NCBI GenBank assembly: GCA_002269645.1
Contig: NIVC01002382.1
Span: 17,614-81,613 of the forward strand
From: Macrostomum lignano
Lineage: Eukaryota
Reading direction: 5' to 3'
DNA: 64,000 nucleotides
The first letter of the stretch is position 1; every line of letters begins with the position of its first letter. The notes under the pieces are model-generated. The model saw nothing but the letters and a program-made list of their open reading frames with translations. It did no database searches and was not told where the DNA came from. The position numbers were made by a program, and so were the translations under genes. Shown here in pieces: positions 53,801 to 64,000 of the stretch.

Positions 53801-55140
53801 GTGCGAGTCGAGGACTTCTTAAGGGAAGTATAGCTACAGGTATTTAATTGGCCTATGAGGAAAGTTAATCAGGTTTTTCATAACTTTCGTAACCTGAAAG
53901 CTTTATTTCTGAGTGCTTAGTTTTTGTCGTGATGACTACTGAATACAGCATATCTGTCCGTATGAGAACATTTAGTTGGAGAACTTTCTCTGACTCATTA
54001 AGCATTCAGATTGTTAGATAAACACAGAAATTGTTTGTGGAAATAGTTATAGTTCCAGAAAATGTGTCTTAGGCTATAATCTGGAAACTCTCGTTTCTAT
54101 GCTGAGTTTGAGAAAATTTATTTTTAAACTCGATGAATACTTGGTCTTAATCCAGGAAATCATATTTTTAAGCTTGAGTAACAGTTCCAGCTAAGAGTCA
54201 GCAGTTTCTCAATTGCGTCCAATCTGTCAACAAGACTTAATGTTACACGCGCGATGAAAGTCCTTTATGTTGATTTTTCCTTAAAAAAATTTTCACGTTC
54301 ATGTTTAACCAGACTTTGATATGGTCTATTCGGTGCAACCGTATGCTTATCTTCTAGAAGCTGCGTGAAAAAGTGCATGATTGAGCAATTCGTCAGCTAG
54401 CTTTCAGTTTAATTCCCGACTTGGACACTTCTTTATTTTTTAATTATTCAACTGAGAAAGTATGTACGATTGAAAAATCTGGGAAAAATTAAACAAATTA
54501 TTTCGCGGCTAGGCAAAACTAAGTCGCGCATCGTGCCGGCAAGCTGATGATGATGATGCCAGTTGATGAACTCCTGGAGCATGCACTGTTCAGCATTCCG
54601 CAGGGCACCTTGACGAGCGCTTCGCTTTACAAAGTTTCTCATTTTTTTTCGAAGAACATCGATTTTTCTTAGAAATGAGCCGGGGAGGGTAAGGAGCGTG
54701 TACATTAGTCGTATACCGCTAATGCATTTCTCGATCAAATCTCGACCGAATTTGTCTATGGCGTAACCCCATTCAGCGCTATGTGTTCTCTATAGAGCAT
54801 ACCGAATGCACTGGCGATAGATACACCGGCCTCCAGCTCATTTCTAAGAAAATCGAGTGTGGGGTCCTTCTACTTCACTTGAGACGATCGTTTACATTCT
54901 ATAGCCTAATAAGATACAATGCGCTAGGAAAGGAAGTAAGCAAATGTTCACCCAGTGTCATAATCTATTTAATCAACCCAAATCGTTGGACTGGTTGGAC
55001 GAGTTATATCGGACCAGCAATTGGAGCAACAACCGTGGCATCTGCATTAACAACAACAGCGGCTTCGGCAGCTACATCTAATGGAACAACAACAGCGGCA
55101 TATGAAGGTATCTACTATTGAATCCTCTGCATCCTCAGCG

Positions 55141-55440
55141 CGATTCGTTAGGCTAGATGATGCAGAATTAAAAGCGGAACTGGGCCTCCGCTATTCCAGA
55201 CAACACGCGTCGCAAAGAACCATTGGCCCTTAATGTGTTCAACGAGTGGCGAAATGCGCGCCAGAACGCAGTTTTTCGAGGAGAAACCAAAGGACTTCTT
55301 GTCTCCAAACCGATCAAAGAATTGAGTTGAGGCGATTGGAACAATCTTCTGAGGCGATTCTTCTTCGAGGTGCGCAAACACGATGGGAGCAAGTACAACG
55401 CGTCAAGCCATCGAGGGCACTACTGTCTTTGGTTCAACTG
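55141..55440 (+). pseudogene. Crypton/ZMYM-KCTD1-like N-terminal fragment, degenerate
   Basis: RFVRLDDAEL.../AIPDNTRRK...LNVFNEWRNAR...NNLLRRFFFEVRKHDGSKY with a frameshift and stops. Confidence 0.65.
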
Positions 55441-56355
55441 ACGAACCTCGTCCATCCAAGAAGAGGAAGACATGGGAGTGACTATCTACATCTATACCAT
55501 CAATAATGTGATGAACTTTCGGACAATTGTTAGCCATGCTTAACTTCTTGTTGCACTTTTGCATTCATGTCGTTTCTGTGAAACGAGTTAAATTAAATAG
55601 TCTTAGTAGGTTAAGCATACTTTACAGTTAAAGTATCGTACATGTACAACTTCGGGCATCGGAATGTCAGGTCCTTCCTGCCAGAGCACCTATCCATTTT
55701 AGCGTAATAGTTGTGTTTTAAGGGTTCCAAGCTACACTACTGAAAGTAGATACACGATTTCTATATACCATGCATCTATGACGAAATTAATAAATGCACG
55801 ACCAATTTAATATAACCATCATATTCATATTCCTCTAAAACGTAACTGTAGATTCGAAATCGGAACAAGTTTACTCAGCATTCAATATCTCTAATAAGCC
55901 ATATAGCTACTTATCAGTCATAAATCACTTACAGAAGAGTCTCTGACAGTAGAATCGCGATTCTTTCGCGAGTCGTCTCAGTTTTCAATTGCATGCAGAA
56001 CACTTACTTGCCGATAGAGTCCATGTCGGCAGGCGGGCTGGTAGAGTGTTTGCACTGTGCAAACCAGACTGCTTCACTATCGACGCGTCTCCCATCGTCA
56101 GGGCTGGATTGAACCGGGAACAGTACTTGGTTGCCATGACTACGGAGGTAAAATAAAACATCTCGAAGCATTTTACATTGGACTGAGAACAAACACAGTT
56201 CGATCAATACAGCAAACGCACCATAGAGTTAAAAAGGTTTGGAAATTCTTGATTTTCTGATTCGTCGAAGAACCAATGCAAGAGGCTGCTACTTTCTAGA
56301 GGGTAGAGACGTCACAGAACATTAGCTTGTAGTAACCTGGCATTTAATAAATCTG

Positions 56356-56879
56356 ATGGTAAGTACATTCGAGAAGGTGCGCAATATGCTTGCTTTTAAC
56401 AGCTGTTCTGCACCGTAGATCGGCTGATTCGAAAGCTCTGCTTTGAACAACCATCACAGGTGGACCATTTTTGTAAGCCGCCGACAATGTTAGAGATGCC
56501 GGAGCTGAAGCGCATTCTGCACGAGGACGACGCGGAGTCGCTGATCGTCCAGCTCGAGCTGGCCAAGCCCCTCTCTCTGCAGCAGATTCTGCAGCTTGGC
56601 ATCGAGCAGCTGGGTGAAGACGCCGGCACTGCTGACTGCATCAAGTGCGGCAGGTCCGACTTCACGTCGTTCCTCATCGCTCACTCAACCCTGCTGGAAG
56701 TGGCCGCGTGCACACTCGCTCTCAACTGTGTCACTCTCCTCATCGACGAGTTGGAGGCCGCAGCGGAGTTTGTCGCTGACGCCGACGCCGACGCCGACGC
56801 CGACGCTCTTCATCGGGCAGTCGGAGAGTCAGTCGTGCCGCTGCACTGTCTCATTGTGAAGCTGTTCACTCTGAGAGAA

Positions 56880-56914
<35 letters not shown>

Positions 56915-58403
56915 TGCGGCATTCGAGGACCGGGCGGTGAGATTCGTGCACCAAGTGTCGGCTGCGCGGCCTCGCTTCTTCCGCGTGTGCGCAGAGAAGG
57001 AGGCGTTCGGCCACAATGCTCTCGAGCTGGCAGTCAGTCTGCAGCTGTTCTCACTGGCTGAGTGCATTCTCGAGTCGGGCAAGTACTGCGGCGAGGTCAG
57101 TCTCGTAGCGGGCGTCAAGGTGCAGCGAGTGGATCTGAGCGAGTACGACTTTGACACAGGGGAGCGATACAACAAGAGCCCCCTGAACATGCTGGCATTC
57201 ATGGCAATGAAGGAATTGTCGCATCCTCTGAAAAGATTTCTGGAGCATCGCATTATTGCCGAAAGCACACGCAGAATTTCTAGTCGCATTAGACGCCCGA
57301 TGCTCACCAGTGCAATCGTGCTCACCATCTACAAGATTATCATTTTGCTGTTTGCTCCAGCCAGCATCTACACCAGAGTGACTGTGACGCGCTTCAAAAT
57401 CAGCGGGAACTCCAGCTCGTGTCCCCTGTTTGGAATTCATTTATTGTGGCAATCTATTTGTGAGCACGCGCTTGTTCAAGCCGTGATGAACGTCTCTCTC
57501 GTTGCATTCAATTTGGAGTGCTGCGTGATTCTTGTTTCAAGCGTAGCTCTGGCCAAATCTCTTACCGTTCAAAAGTCGTACACTGAAACACTGCTGGAAT
57601 TTGTGTTCACCAGGAGCCAGATTCCTGTAAGAATCGGCATTTTGCTCCTCTCCATCATTATGGCGTACTTTTCAGTGAGAACTAGAACTGAGCCAACTTC
57701 GATGATCCCGCTGAATGAAACCCGACCGCATCAGCTTGTAGCTTTGGACTATGCTACAAGTATCATCTACTCCCTAACGGCACTAACCTTGGTTTACGAT
57801 TGGATGCTGGTCATCGAGAAAATGGTTTTGCTTTGGGATGTCATGGGGATCTTCGCGTTTTTCGTTGCAATCATTTTGGCCGTGATGTCGCTGTTTTGCT
57901 GGTTAATATCGCTTGTTGTGCCATGCGACCCAGTGTTTCATCCCGAGATGTCAGCGGAGATTTCCTACACTCTTCTTACTTTCTATCTGCTGCTAAATAA
58001 CGGAGGTTTGTCACGAGATTCGATCAGAACACTGGGCGCTGTGTTCCTGTTGACTCACGCGCTCATTGTTCTTTTCTGCTTCAACTTCCTTATCGCGCTG
58101 CTGTCCCAGCGTCTGTCCGTGGCATCGGAAAACCTGCATCACCTCTGCACGGCCTACCGAATGCACACGTACCATTTTGTCCAGATGGCTTTCAGGAACT
58201 TGCGGAATGCTCTTGGCCTAGATAGGCGGTGTACATGTGCATGCATCGAAAAACAAAAAGACAATGAGTTCACGCCTTGGAGATTCTGCCTAATAACGGA
58301 AGCTAAATCGGATTTTCAAAGCGGTGAGGCATTATCAGCGCACCGAGAAAACAGCAGCAAGGATGAATTACGTAGAAGTACTACGGGAAACCTCGTACTA
58401 TAG
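56356..58403 (+). CDS. Divergent TRPV-like cation channel; ATG (56356-56358), 44-nt intron, then exon 56403-58403
   Basis: Ankyrin-like N-terminus, VDLSEYD...SPLNML pre-S1 motif, six hydrophobic segments, VIEKM, FNFLIALLS after S6; ATG|GTAAGT ... TAACAG|CTG in frame. Confidence 0.7.
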
Positions 58404-59191
58404 GTGGGAATTAGGAAAGCGATTTTTAAAAACTCAATGGAGCAATATATAAGACAGGCATATGTAGATGTGGTACTTCGTAAATACTCTCTTGCTTTAC
58501 TTACAGTAGACAAAAAGCACATTTTAACATTTAAGGTTTAGGGATCTCTGCATACTGTACATGTTTAGCTACGAAACTCATTATAGCGCTACATTACGTG
58601 GATCATTTTGGACCAGAGGTTATATATCGGTATTCGTTGCGATTTATCGACAGGTAAATTTACGAGCACCTGTAGAGCACACTTATTCTTTTATGATGCA
58701 TAACGACCTTTTCTAACTTTTTCTTTACACATACTGAATAATTCTTATCTATTTATCTTTTATTTAGCGCAATACCAAATTAAGTTCTAGAGTTTCATAA
58801 TGAGTTATTGTCTAAAGAAAACTGCTTAAATATATATTGGTTGAAGTTTTGAGATAAAATTGAAGCATTTTCATCCTATTTCAAGTAGCTACTATGAAAT
58901 AACTTTTGAAATAAAAAGTGTATTATTCTACGGTTACCGGCCAAACCGGCGACAAGACGATCCGGCGACAGATATTTAATTGTCCTAATTTGTTGAGCCT
59001 TGGCTGATAGAGGCGGCAGCTGCAACACAGTAAGCGAAGATGTGAAAGTTTTAATTGCTTGTTCCAAGTTTTTTCGAAGCTGTTTTACGAGTAATGCGTG
59101 TGTCGAGGCATTTGTTGACTGTACCTAATTTTTATGCATGTGCTTTAGTTTCTCCCAGCGTAAAAGTTACCGATTTGGACACCATCAAGTA

Positions 59192-59335
59192 GTACATGTA
59201 CATTTAGTTAATCAGCAAAAGTTGAACAGCTGGTTGTACATGTACATTTAGTTAATCAGCAAAAGTTGAACAGCTGGTTGTACATGTACATTTAGTTAAT
59301 CAGCAAAAGTTGAACAGCTGGTTGTACATGTACAT
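59192..59335. repeat. 44-bp tandem repeat, 3 copies
   Basis: GTACATGTACATTTAGTTAATCAGCAAAAGTTGAACAGCTGGTT x3. Confidence 0.9.
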
Positions 59336-59792
59336 TGAGGTGGCCCAACTCAATGATTGTCAATCAATCTATGCATGTAACAATAATCAATGGAGCGATC
59401 CAGTAAATTGAAATTGTGTAAATGTGTCTTTTTATCACATGCGACAATTAATGCACATGCCAAAAATTGGAAGAATCGACCCCCAATATAGAATTTAATA
59501 CTTGAAATCCACTGTAGCGCGGTAAAAAGCACAGTAACAACAGCGAAAAGTAGAAGCGCAGCAGAAAAATTAAAAGGAGACTCAAAACATTTTTTCATTA
59601 CAAACAGCCCGCGATCACAGTCAATCTCGGACCAATTGCGAGGCTCGTTGACCTTGCTGCACGCGACTCCGCCTACAGTCGGAAGCACAGCTTCTGCACG
59701 CGTTGGTACGTACACGTACCGCGCTGCCTCCGACGCTGTACGACCTGCCGGACCAGATTGTCTCTGCTGATGAATGAGTGTATAATTGCATG

Positions 59793-62700
59793 GGCCGGTG
59801 TTGAAGGCGCCTGGCTGGGCTGGAGCGAAGTCTGGGATTGGCAGAAGAGGCGCAGTTGGAGCGGGTGCGTTGAGAACCTCGCGGTAATGGGTGGCCAGCA
59901 GGGCCTTGCGGTGCTCGGTGGAATCAGCGCCGACGATGGTGTTGGGCCTGGGCTTCGTGCCAATCAGCTGGTTGATGGCCCTCCAGGCAGCACTATGGCG
60001 GCAGTTGTCAGTAGCGAGTTGGATTTCGCTCACAGCCTCTTCGATGAAGGTTTCAGTCCGCTGGGCGTAGATGCGCTGCAGCTCGTCCCTGGCAGCACTG
60101 GCCTGGTCGCTGTCATGACCGTGGAGTGCAGCAGTGCTCTGCACATGCCGCCTTGCCTGGGAGATGATGAGATCGCGGTCCCACAGGGCCTTTGGATGAT
60201 TTGCCTGTCATCGCCAGCAGCGATGCAGCAGCCTCGACGGCGTGATGGAAAGATTCGAAGGACTCGGCTGGAGCAGGAGTGGCGGCAAGCAGCTTGCGTA
60301 GGAAGACCTGCCGCATGTCCGGGTTTCTCAGGTCGGCCCAGAGCGGGTGAGGTGGCGCAGGCCCGAGCTTTTGTCAGTGCAGATCAAAGTCGCATGCCAC
60401 CAGGCGGAGATCAGATTGGACGCAGTCCGGGCGGATGTTGAGGACTCTGCGCACCCTGGACCTCAGAGCAGTTGGGCAGAGAATCCAGTCCAACCGAGTC
60501 GTTCGCCCGTTGGGGCCAGAGAAAGTTGAAAGCTTGCTGAAGCGCTGTCGCATGATGCCATTGACAGCCATCAGATCTCTGGCCTGGATAAAACTGGATA
60601 GAAAAGGTGAGTTGGCATTGGGGATGCCGCTGGCAATGGCGAGTTGAAGTCACCAGCAACAATGACAGAGTCACGAGCAGGGATGGAATCAAGCCTGCAG
60701 CCCAGAGTGTCGTGAAATGCTTCTGTCTCAGATGGATCTTCGCTGGTCGGGGGGGGGGGGCGTTGGAGCATAGACGCAGATGATGTGAAGTCGCCTGTCT
60801 TTTCCGGCAAAGGAGGCGTGTTCCAGGCGCTCGGATGGAAACCTGATGTCCAGCAGCGCTCTTGATGCGGCGGGCGACAGCAGGAAGCCGATACCTCCAG
60901 TTCCCTGTGGAGTGGCTGGGCCAGCCTTGAATTGCCAGCTTAAGTCCAGAGCCATAGTCTCGTCAGGGTTCTGCCGCCGATGTTCTTGAACTGCCAGGAT
61001 GGAGATGTTGAGGTCGGCCGCCAGCCTTGTCAGCTCCTGCAGTCTCCATGTCTGACTGAGGGTGCGGGCATTGAAGGTGGCGACCCGAATCTGGTTTTGA
61101 AGATGCGGCTGACTTGTCTCCTTCTTGGCTCTGCTTGTGCGCGCGCGCATTGCGGGGGCCGAGTTGGGTGGAAGCGATGGCCCTTGAGGCTCCGGTTGGC
61201 AGGCCGTGAGTCCTGGTGGGTCCGACGAGCATTGGCGCGGAGCTCTTTGCGCCGCGCATTAAAGGGCTGCCGGCGGCGCTGAGAGGCTTCCTGACTCCGT
61301 CGTCCCCTGTAAGTCGCCAGCTTGGTTGCGCCGCGCTATCAGGACTGATGGCGGCTCCGTTGGCACCTGGCCGATGCTCTGGCCGGAGGTGGGCGACGTA
61401 TTTAATTCCCACGCGATGCGTGAAAATTAAATAGCCAAGGTTGACCGAGCACTGAGGACCATGCGAGCTGATGCCGCCGCTGGGGTGGACGCTATCCCTC
61501 CCAGGGTCCTGAAGCTGCCCGAGCTCACCCCGATCATCACCTGCCTGCTGAACAAGCACTGCAGCCTTGGAGGCAACGAGACCGCCTCAGCTCCTCAGCA
61601 ATGGCGCATCTCCAAGATTGTCTCCATCCCGAAGCAAGGTGCCTCCACCCGCCTGCATGGACAACCAGCGGGCATCGCGCTAGAATGCACAACGCCGAAG
61701 CTGCTGAACGCGATTCTGCGCAACCGCCTCCTGCCCGGCCTCAAACCGCTGCTGCTGAGCCTCCAAAGCGGCTTCCGCCCGGGCAGGTCCACCACCGAGC
61801 AGGTTGTCACCATTCGCTCTGTCATCGAGGCCTGCAAGACCCGCCAGCGCTCCGTGTCAATCATCTTTGTCGACTTTCGCAAGGCCTTTGACTCGGTGTC
61901 CAGGCCTGCGATCTCTTGGCTATTAAGTGAGCCATGGTGAACCTGCTGCGCTGGTGAGCGCAGTGATGGACCTCTACCGCGACTCCAGGGCTGCGACGGC
62001 CCCCAAAAGAGTTCGGCACCAGCTCAGGCGTCCTTCAGGGCGACACGCTGGCTCCTCTGCTCTTCCTCGTGGTTGTGGACTACGTGCTTCATCGGTCCCT
62101 CTGCGAGGATGACAGCTACTTGGTGGTCTCACGCCGAAGCTCCAGACACCCTGCTGTTTCGCTCCCCGCTCTCGCGTATGCTGACGACATCGCGATGCTC
62201 TGCCGCGATCCAGCTGCTGCCCAGCGCGCTCTCACAAGGCTCTGCGACGAGGGCGCCCTTGTTGGGCTGCTGGTGAACGCTCGCAAGACGGAGGCGCTGC
62301 ACGTGGGCACGAATACCGCCCAACTCTAACGCTGCCCAATGGAGACCGCATCGCAGTGTGCGACGACTTCCGGTTCCTCGGCGCCCTGGTGATGAGCCCC
62401 GATGCGATTGTCTCCGACAGGAGGAACCAGGTTTGGCGCGCCGCGCACCTCCTCAGGAACGTTTTTAATTCAGCTGCCAGAGACGAACTGAAGGTGCGCC
62501 TGTTCCGCGCGGCCATCGAGCCGATCCTGATTTACGGCATGGAGGCTGTGCCGCTGACCGAAACGCAAGAGCGAGCCTTGGACGCGCTTTACCGATCGCT
62601 GCTGCGCTACGCACTGGGCGTGCACAACCCGGATCGCCTGTCGACCAACGCTCTGATGGGCCGCGCTCGAACTCCGCCCCTGAGTGCTACCTTGCGCCGG

Positions 62701-62952
62701 CGCCGTCAGATGCTGCTGGGCCACTGCCTACTACGGACCCTGGGTCGCGGTGCGCCCGTCCTCTGGCCCTGGCCATGCTGCACCGGCCGACGAGCAATTG
62801 CGCCGCGGCCAGGCCCGCACTGCCACTCTGGCGGACTGCCTCATCACTGACTTGCAGGCGCTTGAGCTCACCCCTCAGGCTGCTGCTGTCTGCCCCTCCC
62901 GCCTGTTCTGCGAGCTCGTGCGCGCAAGGGGCCTCCCCTCTGCATCCTTATA
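59793..62952. mobile_element. RTE-clade LINE with an inverted 5' half (APE on -, RT on +), degenerate
   Basis: Minus strand: IRVATFNARTL, VQEHR, GGIGFLL, VYAPT, AGDFN, RLDWIL. Plus strand: QSGFRPGRST, FVDFRKAFDSV, LAYADD, NARKTE. TSD AATTGCATG (59784-59792 and 62953-62961). Confidence 0.88.
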
Positions 62953-64000
62953 AATTGCATGCAAAATGGGATACAAAATAGCTGACCGATAATATCGAAT
63001 ACGCAGTGCGTGTAGCTTCACCGATATATGTACACTTTGTCGCCGGATTGACTTCGCCGGATTGACTGTCGCCGCTTTGACCGGTTCTCATTTCTACTCT
63101 ACAAATTTTAAATACGATTTTTCTAAGAACTATTTTCTAAGAACAATTAAGAACGGCCTCATGCTTGATCATGATGCACCAATGCCCATGCGCCTGCGCG
63201 CTGCTTTATCATCACATCAGTGACAGAGTCTTCAATAATCTAAAAATTCTATCTAGCTAAATCTTGAAATTTATAGGTATCTGAGTGCTAATGATACCTA
63301 TATTTAGTTTAAACCGCAGATATTTAGCGATAGCGATATTTAATATATTTATATAGCATAGGCCCCCTAGCAATAACAATATTAGCGATATTTAGTTTAA
63401 CCCTAGATATAGGCTGGTTTTTAATTATAAGCTCAATACTTCGTTATTTAATTCCAGTGGCAGTCGCAGATCCAGGATTCCGAGTTGGGGGAAGGGCCTT
63501 CTAGCCTTAGTATCTTAAGTAAGTTGAAAGTTGCCCCTCAAAAAATTCTAGATCTCCTTTGATCTTCTAGCTTCAGAATCTAGAATTCTAGATCTGTTGC
63601 ATGTAGCTATTCACTTCTATGTTGAACATTTCTCTAGAGGCTACTCACCTACATATCTAATTTGGCATGATAGATGAGCATATTGGTGACATTGATCAAG
63701 ATTAAAAAGCCAAGTATTTTTATATATAGGCCTAAAATACAAGTTTAAGATATCCTATTTTTTTAAAAACCTAATTGGGATGCTTTCACATAGTTTATTA
63801 ATTAAATTTGGCTAATCAAAGACTAAGATTCATATAATAATAAGGCCTATATATTTTTAAAAATGACTTAATATGTATTATTATAAAAGTAGGCTAACTT
63901 TCATTACATTTTAACATTACTCTTAGTTACCAAAAGTTCTTGATAATGATAATATATGTAGTAGGGCTATTTTTCTATCCTTTTAAATGCCACCAAAGTT

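Larger units (their letters stand above)
58932..63089. mobile_element. Possible MULE-like non-autonomous DNA element hosting the inverted RTE
   Basis: Imperfect inverted termini GGTTACCGGCCAAACCGGCGACA / revcomp GAGAACCGGTCAAAGCGGCGACA with ATCCGGCGAC subrepeats; flanks TATTCTAC / ATTTCTAC (6/8). Confidence 0.4.

Noticed and set aside
59766-59790. CTGATGA hammerhead-like core
   Set aside because: No matching GAAA half or flanking stems

Overview
Eukaryotic (animal) genomic DNA with GC-rich exons and AT-rich introns and spacers. About 20 different minisatellites are present. The style suggests a macrostomid flatworm such as Macrostomum; this is inference only. The left half holds two convergent, co-oriented gene clusters. 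On the + strand: ZnT7/SLC30A7, POP5, ATXN10, CSTF1. On the - strand: FRMD6/Expanded-like, SLC43-like transporter, CHP, cytochrome b5. The right half has a CEP164-like gene, a PLAC8 gene, an almost intronless TRPV-like channel and many transposon relics (Harbinger, nested hAT elements, Crypton, RTE LINEs). Best leads: (1) POP5 lacks a genomic start codon and begins AG|GTG-CGC exactly where MVR is expected, which fits an initiator Met donated by the 3'-terminal AUG of a flatworm spliced leader, inside a probable trans-spliced operon. (2) An RTE LINE has a twin-priming-type 5' inversion with a target-site duplication. (3) Most long introns and spacers carry their own private minisatellite. (4) There are paired ~40-nt mini-introns separated by 0-nt or 7-nt exons. 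All exon models were built by hand from splice signals and recalled homology; no database searches were run.
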